64,000 nucleotides of DNA. It comes from an uncultured bacterium. Its GTDB lineage: Bacteria; Babelota; Babeliae; Babelales; Vermiphilaceae. A program made the translations under genes and the position numbers. A model generated the notes under the pieces. That model did no database searches. It had not been told where the DNA came from and was given only the letters and a program-made list of their open reading frames with translations. Below, one piece after another: positions 1-8,159 of the stretch. The stretch is from positions 608,001 to 672,000 of the forward strand of contig OY969561.1 of NCBI GenBank assembly GCA_963701085.1. Reading direction: 5' to 3'. Every line of letters starts with the position of its first letter. The stretch's first letter is position 1.

Positions 1-24
1 AAGTCGTCAAACCTTTGAGAAGTT

Positions 25-57
25 GGCCTGCCATACGAAGCTTTACGCGAAGTATGG
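25..57 (-). repeat. Palindromic repeat family B fused to the tRNA-Ser CCA end
   Basis: Minus strand reads CCATAC-TTCGC-GTAAA-GCTTC-GTATGG-CAGGCC. The same architecture follows tRNA-Thr and tRNA-Leu. Confidence 0.8.
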
Positions 58-146
58 TGGAGAGAGAGGGATTCGAACCCTCGATGCCTCTTTCGAAACA
101 TACATGATTTCCAATCATGCTCCTTCAACCGCTCAGACACCTCTCC
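55..146 (-). tRNA. tRNA-Ser(GGA)
   Basis: GGAGAGG acceptor stem, CATGA-TT-GGA-AA-TCATG anticodon arm, long variable arm, GGTTCGAATCC T-loop, encoded CCA. Confidence 0.95.
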
Positions 147-159
147 TCAATGAGGAAAT

Positions 160-972
160 TTATTCCTGTGCATCAAGTTGTTGCAATGCTATTTCAACAT
201 CACTTGGAGCTTCTTCAACCACAACGCTTTGGACGCCTTTTTTAGTTACTTGAGCATCGCCTGCAGCTTTTACATTCTTAGCAGCTTCTTTACCACGAGT
301 AACAGCATCAGCAAGATATCCCAAAAGCAAGCTAATTGATTGAGGAGAATCATCATTTGCTGGAATAACAAAATCAACCAATGAAGGATCGGAATTAGTA
401 TCAACAATTCCAATTACCGGAATACCCATCAACACAGCTTCTTTAACCGCTGATTGCTCTTTGCTAACGTCAACAATAACAATTGCGCCAACTGGCAATG
501 CTAACTTTCTAATACCACCAACCGTTTTTTCAAGCTTGTCAGCAGTTTTTCTGTATAAGTTAAGCTCTTTTTTGGTATAAAAAGGATTTGATTCCGATTT
601 TACCAAAATATCTTCGTAATGAAGCAATCTTGTTAAAGATTTTTTAACTTGACTGAAATTAAGCAAAGTTCCGCCCAACCATCTGTGATTAACGTAAGGC
701 TGATTTAACTTAACCCCAATATCTTGAACAGTTTTTGATGCAGCTTTTTTAGTGCCTACCCACAAAACTGTTTTACCTTCAGCAGCTATCGACTCTAAGA
801 ATTTTTCTGATTTGTCCAACTGGAAAGCAGTTTTGGAAACATCAATCAAATGAACCTTATTTTTGTAGCCCCAAATATATTGCTCCATTTTAGGACACCA
901 ACGAGACTTTTGATGACCAAAATGAACGCCTGCTTTTACCAATTCTCCAAACAATTCTTTAAAATCTCTCAT
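160..972 (-). CDS. rpsB: 30S ribosomal protein S2
   Basis: AGVHFGH, VGTKK, RWLGGTL, GIVDTNSDP and IPANDD motifs. Confidence 0.98.
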   Translation of the reverse strand: MRDFKELFGELVKAGVHFGHQKSRWCPKMEQYIWGYKNKVHLIDVSKTAFQLDKSEKFLESIAAEGKTVLWVGTKKAASKTVQDIGVKLNQPYVNHRWLGGTLLNFSQVKKSLTRLLHYEDILVKSESNPFYTKKELNLYRKTADKLEKTVGGIRKLALPVGAIVIVDVSKEQSAVKEAVLMGIPVIGIVDTNSDPSLVDFVIPANDDSPQSISLLLGYLADAVTRGKEAAKNVKAAGDAQVTKKGVQSVVVEEAPSDVEIALQQLDAQE

Positions 973-1037
973 CCAAACATCCTTTATACTTTTATTTCAT
1001 TCATAGAAAGTGTAACAAAATAAGAGAAAAATGCAAT

Positions 1038-2468
1038 TTATACTGCATTCTTTCTATTAAAATCCCCTTCAGCCCCAATAACCTCATTATTAACAATCGC
1101 CTTCTCAAAGCGGCGACCTAACAAAAAGGCCACCCCAAACCACAAGCCGACTATCCCTGCGAAAAAGAAAGAATGAACCGGAAGCATGAATGATTCACCC
1201 ATTCTTGATGCAAAAATATTAAACATAGACCCTGCAGTTTTAGCAAACTTGCTCCCAAATGCATCAATCCATGATTTTGATTTAAACTTAATTTCTTTAA
1301 CCGTTGGTAAGTACAAGCTTTCTCGTACGGGAGAAAGGAATGCATAATTGAGTGCGGTAAACACAACAAAGGCATTTCGCAATGATTCTGGAGATGTTTC
1401 AAATACAAGGTAAAAGAGAATACCCCCCATAGAAAAAGGGATCAACATCAAACAAATACGGGTTCCAAGACGAGCTAACAACGCCTGCGTACCAACTAAT
1501 GAGATAATAAAGCCAACAAAATGCGCTTTAAATGCTATTTCAAACAATACCTTAGAAACATCAGAAATTGACCCTGCCCCAGCTTCTGCAACACCAAGAC
1601 GTAAATAGCCAAGCACCGTTGAAATTATTTCGTAAAAGAAGACCATACCAAAAATACCAAGCACATACGGATATTTTACAAACATTTCAAGCCCTGCAAA
1701 CATGCTTGGCTTAGCTACAACAGCAGTTTCACTTTTTTGCTTTTCAAGCTGATATGCCGCTTCATATCCATGTAATAAATGGCCAGGAACTGTTTTAATA
1801 AATAGTACTGCAACAACCGGAACTACTGCCAGAAAAAGCGAAGAAATTACTAAAATCAATTGGTGTGCCTCAACATGAGTTAAACATGGTTTGAGCAATT
1901 GAGCACTGAGTCCAAAAATATACCATGCCAAAGCCGCTGCAACCATGCCTCCAATTTTTGATCCTGCCACCATGTAGCCATAATTTCTTTTTGCTTCAGC
2001 AGGACTATTGACTGAATTGGCTAGTGCCCAAAAAACACTCACCACAAATGGTGAATAGCCTTCAACAAAGAAATAAAAAAACCAACCAAACAAACGGGAT
2101 GGATGCGCATCAGTATTGAGGATACCAATTGTTGGATGCCCTATATAATAGGCAAAAATAAGATTCGCCAACCCAAACACAACACTATAAAAAATGAGGA
2201 GCTGATAGCGACGAATTTTATCAACCAACCGCGAATAGAAAAAAATAGCGGGAACAAGCATGAGCATGGAAATAACTTTTACCCAAGGTATATATTCTTT
2301 TCCAACCGTTCCCAAAAAAATTGCGCTTTTAAGATCACGAGTTACGGTATATGCTCCAACAACAAGGAAATAGAGAAGCGACAAAAAGAAAAGTTTCATC
2401 CGCTCTTGTGGCTCAATCTCAAACAACCCACACACCATTTGTTTAACTCTAGATAACATTCTAACCAA
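1038..2468 (-). CDS. NTT/TLC family nucleotide transporter (ATP/ADP translocase-like)
   Basis: Multi-TM MFS-like protein with FWALAN..EAKRNY and LYLPT..IKFKSKSWIDAFGSKFAK, typical of the Npt/Tlc family. Confidence 0.88.
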   Translation of the reverse strand: MVRMLSRVKQMVCGLFEIEPQERMKLFFLSLLYFLVVGAYTVTRDLKSAIFLGTVGKEYIPWVKVISMLMLVPAIFFYSRLVDKIRRYQLLIFYSVVFGLANLIFAYYIGHPTIGILNTDAHPSRLFGWFFYFFVEGYSPFVVSVFWALANSVNSPAEAKRNYGYMVAGSKIGGMVAAALAWYIFGLSAQLLKPCLTHVEAHQLILVISSLFLAVVPVVAVLFIKTVPGHLLHGYEAAYQLEKQKSETAVVAKPSMFAGLEMFVKYPYVLGIFGMVFFYEIISTVLGYLRLGVAEAGAGSISDVSKVLFEIAFKAHFVGFIISLVGTQALLARLGTRICLMLIPFSMGGILFYLVFETSPESLRNAFVVFTALNYAFLSPVRESLYLPTVKEIKFKSKSWIDAFGSKFAKTAGSMFNIFASRMGESFMLPVHSFFFAGIVGLWFGVAFLLGRRFEKAIVNNEVIGAEGDFNRKNAV

Positions 2469-2500
2469 GACCTTTCTGCTGAATCTTACGGTGTTTTGCC

Positions 2501-2540
2501 AAAAAACGCCTTCTAAAAAATCAATTAGAAGGCGTTTTTT
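2501..2540. terminator. Intrinsic terminator between the two NTT genes
   Basis: AAAAAACGCCTTCTA...TAGAAGGCGTTTTTT inverted repeat with T-tails on both strands. Confidence 0.8.
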
Positions 2541-2568
2541 AATTACTTACTCAATAGTCAATAACATA

Positions 2569-3930
2569 TTAACATACAATACGTTTTTCTTTGATTGCTT
2601 TGTCATAGGTTTTAGCAACATAAATTGCAACTAAAAGCCATACACCAACAAGACCAAAAGAAATTATTGAACTGAACATCAAGAAACGAGCAACGCCATC
2701 GATTGCGCCATGATGCGCTACCAACGGTGCGCGGAATGTATTAATGTATGAGCCACTTCCTTTTGAGAATCGGCCGCCAAACATTTCAATCCATGCTTGT
2801 GCTTTATACTTAGTATCTTTTGATGTTGGAATATAAAGCTGTTTTAATGTTGGCTGATTCAACGCATAGTTAACTGCTTTTGAGAACACCATAATCCAGA
2901 AACCCATAATCAGTGATTGTGGATTAAATTTAATCAAAAGAACAGCGCATGCTGTTAACACAGGAAGCATTAATAATGATGCTCTCATACCCAAAACACG
3001 CTGAATGCTATTAATACCAAATAACACACACAATGTTGAAACAACACCGGTCATTGTTGCATACGATGCCAAATAAGCACCTACTTCAGCTTCATTAGTA
3101 AACGCTGTAGAAACACTCATTTTAAAGTGAAAATCAAGAACCGTTACGATAACTTCAAAAATGGTGATAATAAGGAACAAGCCGAGCAAGTAACCGCGCG
3201 TTACTAAAAGCTTTAATCCTTCAAAGAACCCTGGTTCGCTCTCAACTTCAGCTTCTTCACCTTCTGCACGGTATCCTTTAAGCTGTGATGCTGGCGTTAC
3301 GTGCATAAATCCCCAGAACATAAAACCAATCACAAACAAAAGACACGATAAAATACCAACTACAGGTGCGCTATTAGAAAAACCAAGTTTCTTAGCATTA
3401 AGCAACCATGGTCCGATCATGTTTCCAACTTGCCCAAACAATGCTACAAGAGGGAATCCTCTTTTTGCTGATTCAGGAGAAGTCATATCGGTAACAATTG
3501 CCCAGAAAAGAGCAACCATCAATGAACCAAAACTTTCAACCCAAATATACCACATCCATCCCAAAATACGGGTAGGACTTTTTACGGTATTTGCAAGACC
3601 AATTGAAGGATCAGAAAAACATAAAAACATAATGAAAGCGATTACGCCGTAGAGAGCTGTTAAAAAATAAAAAACTTTGTGACGCGGAAAAGTATCAACA
3701 AGTTTACTATAGAGAATTACAATAGGAAAAATAATCACAAGAGATAGCACTTTTGCCCATGGTTGCCATTCCATACCAATCATTGCATTAAAAATACTAT
3801 CCTTCATTGGACGTAATGCCCAATAAATACCAATAATCCCACAAAAGATAAGTGCAAGAATGCCAAATTTCTTCAGCTCTTCCTTGCTCTCAAAATTTCC
3901 CCAAAGCATTGTAGCTAGACGTTTTAACAT
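2569..3930 (-). CDS. NTT/TLC family nucleotide transporter (ATP/ADP translocase-like)
   Basis: LRPMKDSI, FWAIVTD..AKRGFP, KAVNYALNQPTLKQLYIP..KYKAQAWIE.FGGRFSK. Confidence 0.9.
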   Translation of the reverse strand: MLKRLATMLWGNFESKEELKKFGILALIFCGIIGIYWALRPMKDSIFNAMIGMEWQPWAKVLSLVIIFPIVILYSKLVDTFPRHKVFYFLTALYGVIAFIMFLCFSDPSIGLANTVKSPTRILGWMWYIWVESFGSLMVALFWAIVTDMTSPESAKRGFPLVALFGQVGNMIGPWLLNAKKLGFSNSAPVVGILSCLLFVIGFMFWGFMHVTPASQLKGYRAEGEEAEVESEPGFFEGLKLLVTRGYLLGLFLIITIFEVIVTVLDFHFKMSVSTAFTNEAEVGAYLASYATMTGVVSTLCVLFGINSIQRVLGMRASLLMLPVLTACAVLLIKFNPQSLIMGFWIMVFSKAVNYALNQPTLKQLYIPTSKDTKYKAQAWIEMFGGRFSKGSGSYINTFRAPLVAHHGAIDGVARFLMFSSIISFGLVGVWLLVAIYVAKTYDKAIKEKRIVC

Positions 3931-4088
3931 CGAGCAATCCTTCCGAATAAAAATAATGTTATTACTATAGAAACCTACTTTACCACCTAAATTTAGCAGA
4001 GGAATAATGATTTGTAAAAATTATATTATTTAATTATCAAAAAACAGCCTTTTTTGGAACTTAATATCACTTTTTGGCCATAATAGGC

Positions 4089-4160
4089 AAAAAAAAGGCC
4101 TACACATATAATGCAGGCCCTTCTCTACCCTAAACCCCTTCCGTAGAGGCCTGACAACAA
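4089..4160 (-). promoter_or_regulatory. Candidate attenuator leader or small RNA ending in an intrinsic terminator, upstream of the NTT genes
   Basis: GC-rich island: AGGCCUCUAC..GUAGAG stem followed by GGCCUGCA..UGUAGGCC-U8 terminator. The 5' AGGCC can alternatively pair with the terminator 5' arm. Confidence 0.55.
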
Positions 4161-4188
4161 CATTTACAATTAGAAACATCTTTTTTCA

Positions 4189-4216
4189 TTGACAAAAAAC
4201 AGCAACAATTTACTCT
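4189..4216 (+). promoter_or_regulatory. Putative sigma70 promoter of lon
   Basis: TTGACA-16 nt-TACTCT about 95 nt upstream of the lon ATG. Confidence 0.45.
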
Positions 4217-4308
4217 TAGAAGTAAGTAGTATTACTGCAAACATAAACAAGAATTTGAATATTTTGATAATCTAACCACTACAATTATCATCCACAGGGG
4301 GAAGCGCT

Positions 4309-6741
4309 ATGAAAACAGAAAAAACCAAAAAATTAAAAAAACAGGTACTTGAGCTTAATGAGGGCTCTCTTCCTCTCTTACCCCTCAAAAACGTAGCAAT
4401 GCTTCCAAAAAGCATTATTCCGGTTATTGTTGGCCGCGATATATCAATCAAAGCGGTAGAACATGCCTTAAAAACCAACCGCATGCTCTTTATTTCAGCA
4501 CAAAAAAATGCTACAACCGAGACTCCAAATAAAGACGATGTGTTCATCTATGGCACCCGCTCTACCATATTACAAGTCATGCGCATGCCAAACGGGCCAT
4601 TAAAAATACTTGCTGAAGGTCTCTGCAGAGCAAAAGCAACCCATTTTGAAGAACATGAAGACGGCTTTATCAATGTTACGTATGAAGACCTTCCAACGCC
4701 AAACATTGATCTTTCTATTGAACTTGAAGCAATGTGGCGTGAAACAGTTCATCTTTACGGCAATTATTCAGCACTTCATGATAAAGTTCCATCTGATCTG
4801 ATCTCAAAAGCAAAAACCATTCAAGATATTGATTACATGGTTGATACCATCGCTGTACACATTGATAATTTATCGCTTGAAGACAGACAAGCCATTTTGG
4901 AGCTACCTGATCTTAAATTACGCATGCTTAAATTATGTTATTTCTTAGAAAAGGAAATCGACATTCTCCAAACAGAGCAACGCATTCGTGGACAAGTTCA
5001 AACACAAGTTGATAAAAATCAACGCGAGTACTATCTCCACGAACAGATGAAGGCTATTCAAAAAGAACTTGGACGTGAAGACCAATCAGACGAAATTACC
5101 ACTATCAGACAAAAAATTAAAAATGCTGGGCTTTCTAAAGAAGCAAAGCAAAAGGTTGAAAGTGAATTAAAACGGCTTGAACAAATGCCTCCACTTTCAT
5201 CAGAGGCCGTTGTCAGCAGAAATTATATTGATTGGATTATATCATTGCCATGGCAAAACGTGAGCAAAGATACCATCAATATTGCGCAAGCGGACGATAT
5301 TTTAGACAAAAATCATGCAGGACTTAAAAAAGCAAAAGACCGCATTATTGAGTTCATTGCTGCAAAAAAATTCTCTAAAAATTTACATCGCTCACCCGTT
5401 ATTTGCCTTGTTGGCCCTCCTGGTGTTGGTAAAACATCATTGGCACGCTCAATTGCAGAAAGCATGGGGCGTGAATTTATTCGTATATCATTGGGTGGCG
5501 TACGGGATGAAGCTGAAATTCGTGGCCATAGACGCACTTATATTGGCGCATTGCCAGGAAAAATTATCCAAGCAATGAAAAAGGCAAATGTACTCAATCC
5601 AGTTATTTTGCTTGATGAGATTGATAAAATGTCACGCGATATGCACGGTGATCCTGCAGCAGCGTTACTCGAAGTGCTTGATCCAGAACAAAACAAAAAC
5701 TTTATCGATCATTTTCTTGATACAGGATATGATTTATCACAAGTTATGTTCATTGCAACCGCAAACATGATGGATCAAATTCCTTATCCTCTGTATGATC
5801 GCCTTGAAATTGTTAACCTTTCTGGATATTCAGATCATGAAAAGCTAGCAATTGCTAATCAATTCCTTATTCCAAAGAACTTAAAAGAATACAATCTCAC
5901 TAAAAAACAGTTCATCATTTCCGATGATATAATTTTATCCATCATTGATGAATACACAAAAGAAGCGGGTGTACGTCAATTGGAACGTATTATTGCAAAA
6001 TTAATGCGTAAAACCATCCAGCTCATTCTTAAGAATGACAAAATTAAATCGCACACAATCACCAAACCGCTTGTTTTAGAATGGCTTGGTAACTCTGCCC
6101 ATAAAAAAACAAGTATGAGTCAAAAAGCAGAACGCATTGGTCTCGCAACAGGTCTTGCATGGACTGAAGTTGGCGGTGATGTTTTAGAAATTGAAACATC
6201 AGTACTCACCGGCAAAGGTGGGCTTACGCTCACGGGACAACTTGGTGAGGTAATGCAAGAATCAGCACAAGCTGCAATGAGTTATATTAGATCACGCGCA
6301 AAAGATTTAGGGTTAAAACCAAATTTTTACTCAGCAAATGATATTCATTTGCATATCCCAGAAGGCGCAACACCAAAGGATGGCCCTTCTGCCGGCATCA
6401 CTATTTGCACAGCATTAGTTTCTGCATTGACCAACAATCCAACAAAACCAAAGCTTGCTATGACCGGTGAAATCACCCTGCAAGGAAGAATTCTTTCTAT
6501 TGGTGGCTTAAAAGAGAAACTTCTTGCGGCAAAACAACATGGATGCACTACCGTTATTGTTCCGCAAGAAAATGAGGACGATATCGAAGATGTCAAAAAA
6601 GAGATGTCTCTTGATGATCTCACCCTCAAATTTGTGAGCAATATGGATGAAGTGCTTAAAATTGCATTTATCAAGAATCCTTTTGATAAAAAAATACGGC
6701 CTATGAAAAAACGTCCAACTAAAAAAGTAAAAACAACATAA
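4309..6741 (+). CDS. lon: Lon ATP-dependent protease
   Basis: N-domain, Walker A GPPGVGKT, LLDEIDK, catalytic PKDGPSAG and IGGLKEK. Confidence 0.98.
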   Translation: MKTEKTKKLKKQVLELNEGSLPLLPLKNVAMLPKSIIPVIVGRDISIKAVEHALKTNRMLFISAQKNATTETPNKDDVFIYGTRSTILQVMRMPNGPLKILAEGLCRAKATHFEEHEDGFINVTYEDLPTPNIDLSIELEAMWRETVHLYGNYSALHDKVPSDLISKAKTIQDIDYMVDTIAVHIDNLSLEDRQAILELPDLKLRMLKLCYFLEKEIDILQTEQRIRGQVQTQVDKNQREYYLHEQMKAIQKELGREDQSDEITTIRQKIKNAGLSKEAKQKVESELKRLEQMPPLSSEAVVSRNYIDWIISLPWQNVSKDTINIAQADDILDKNHAGLKKAKDRIIEFIAAKKFSKNLHRSPVICLVGPPGVGKTSLARSIAESMGREFIRISLGGVRDEAEIRGHRRTYIGALPGKIIQAMKKANVLNPVILLDEIDKMSRDMHGDPAAALLEVLDPEQNKNFIDHFLDTGYDLSQVMFIATANMMDQIPYPLYDRLEIVNLSGYSDHEKLAIANQFLIPKNLKEYNLTKKQFIISDDIILSIIDEYTKEAGVRQLERIIAKLMRKTIQLILKNDKIKSHTITKPLVLEWLGNSAHKKTSMSQKAERIGLATGLAWTEVGGDVLEIETSVLTGKGGLTLTGQLGEVMQESAQAAMSYIRSRAKDLGLKPNFYSANDIHLHIPEGATPKDGPSAGITICTALVSALTNNPTKPKLAMTGEITLQGRILSIGGLKEKLLAAKQHGCTTVIVPQENEDDIEDVKKEMSLDDLTLKFVSNMDEVLKIAFIKNPFDKKIRPMKKRPTKKVKTT

Positions 6742-6767
6742 ACATTCATTATTAAGTGGAGTTCACT

Positions 6768-6977
6768 ATGAATAACAAATTGGCTACATTATTTTGCATT
6801 ACCGTACTTGCTCTTGCTCCTTCATGCAGCAAGCGCCAACAACCCTACTCTGCCAAGGCTACGAAGGGCACGAAATCTGTTGCTAAAGAAAACATTAACA
6901 CCATGATTGAATTAGATAATGCAGTTTTTGAAACTGAAGAAGCAACTGATGCAGAAAAATCGATTGTTAAATTTTAA
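6768..6977 (+). CDS. Small putative lipoprotein
   Basis: GGAG RBS, hydrophobic signal ending LAPSC, followed by a terminator. Contains a family B repeat in frame. Confidence 0.65.
   Translation: MNNKLATLFCITVLALAPSCSKRQQPYSAKATKGTKSVAKENINTMIELDNAVFETEEATDAEKSIVKF
6843..6872 (+). repeat. Family B repeat inside CDS (encodes PYSAKATKGT)
   Basis: CCCTACTCTGCCAAGGCTACGAAGGGCACG matches the copies at 19367 and 51791. Confidence 0.7.
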
Positions 6978-6999
6978 TTCAAAAATTTTTGAGTACTCT

Positions 7000-7025
7000 A
7001 AGCCGCCCACAAGGCGGCTTTTTTT
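7000..7025 (+). terminator. Intrinsic terminator
   Basis: AAGCCGCC-CACAA-GGCGGCTT-TTTTT. Confidence 0.85.
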
Positions 7026-7118
7026 ATGGCAAAACAGCAATTCTTGCGAATAATACTTATCATCATGTAAAATATCTATAGTAACTATTATTTAATTATT
7101 TTATTTATATATTTTCCC

Positions 7119-7256
7119 GCGCTCGCCCTGAACTTGTTGAAGGGTTTTCTTCGAGCGCTCGAGGATATCCTTTATTCCCCAATTTCCTCTTCGTTTCAAT
7201 TGGGGTCCCCGTCGAAAGGTACTGAAGATGGGGTTAAACAAGCTCAGGACGAGCGC
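7119..7256. repeat. Family A palindrome interrupted by a family C element
   Basis: GCGCTCGCCCTGAAC..GGATATCCTT[about 64 nt CCCC..GGGGTCCCC..GGGG]AACAAGCTCAGGACGAGCGC. Uninterrupted A copies lie at 30387 and 52906. Confidence 0.9.
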
Positions 7257-7312
7257 GGAAGAAGAATTAAAGCAAGTAATTAGTGCTATACCAAAAGGGG
7301 AAGGGATAGAAA

Positions 7313-7441
7313 ATGAAAAGAAATATTATGATCATATTCTGTTTTTTACTACTCGGATCGCTACCAAGTTGCAGAAAAAAAAGCCGTTCACAAAAACAAT
7401 TTGAAAAAAATACTAAAGCTCAGATGGCAAACAATCATTAA
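7313..7441 (+). CDS. 42-aa putative lipoprotein (below ORF-track cutoff)
   Basis: MKRNIMIIFCFLLLGSLPSCRKK... with a purine-rich RBS and lipobox-like LPSC. Confidence 0.5.
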   Translation: MKRNIMIIFCFLLLGSLPSCRKKSRSQKQFEKNTKAQMANNH

Positions 7442-8105
7442 TATACTTCATCATCTTTTCAGCCGTTTGTTGCACCGTTAATACTGAAGTATCAACCACA
7501 ATGGCATCTTTGGGTACAACAAGAGGTGCAATAATACGGTTTTTATCCCGATCATCGCGCTCTGTGATCAACACCATAGCCTCATCAAGAGAAAAGTGGT
7601 TGTCATAGCGTTCTTGATCTTTACGCCACCGCTCAGCACGAACAGCAACTGATGCTGTCACAAAAAATTTAACCTGCGCTTGCGGAAACACCACCGATCC
7701 AACATCACGACCATCAATAACAACATTGTAATCTCTTGCAATGTCACGCTGCATAGCAGTGACAGCTTTACGCACATCTTCATTCACACTAATTATTGAT
7801 GTTACCTGATCCATAAATTTATCTTTAAGATAGAGGGTAATATCATTTCCATCAAAAAAAACACGCTCCTGAGTAAGTTCGTCATAATAATAACGCAACT
7901 TTACCGGATCAGCGCACTGCTTAAGGTCTTCAACACGAATATTATTCAGTGTTTCTAATGTATAGCCATAATTATTAATCAAAAGATATGCAATCGCTCT
8001 ATACAACAATCCTGAGCACAAATAATAAAAACCCAACTTATCAGCTAAAATTCTACTAACCGTCGATTTTCCACTTGCTACAGGACCATCAATTGTGATA
8101 ATCAT
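7413..8105 (-). CDS. cmk: Cytidylate kinase
   Basis: TIDGPVASGKST, SGLLYRA, DGRDVGSVVFP, RDDRD motifs. Confidence 0.96.
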   Translation of the reverse strand: MIITIDGPVASGKSTVSRILADKLGFYYLCSGLLYRAIAYLLINNYGYTLETLNNIRVEDLKQCADPVKLRYYYDELTQERVFFDGNDITLYLKDKFMDQVTSIISVNEDVRKAVTAMQRDIARDYNVVIDGRDVGSVVFPQAQVKFFVTASVAVRAERWRKDQERYDNHFSLDEAMVLITERDDRDKNRIIAPLVVPKDAIVVDTSVLTVQQTAEKMMKYINDCLPSEL

Positions 8106-8159
8106 TTAAACCCCATCTTCAATTTTTTTCAATGGGGACCCCAATGAGGACCCCAATTG
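8106..8159. repeat. Family C repeat spanning the recJ stop and the cmk start region
   Basis: TTAAACCCCATCTTCA..ATGGGGACCCCAAT matches the copies at 62473 and (reverse complement) 7197-7237. Confidence 0.75.

Noticed and set aside
23-253. 76-aa ORF, and the many other short antisense/overlapping ORFs in the track
   Set aside because: They lie opposite tRNA-Ser/rpsB or inside well-supported genes and show no recognisable motifs.
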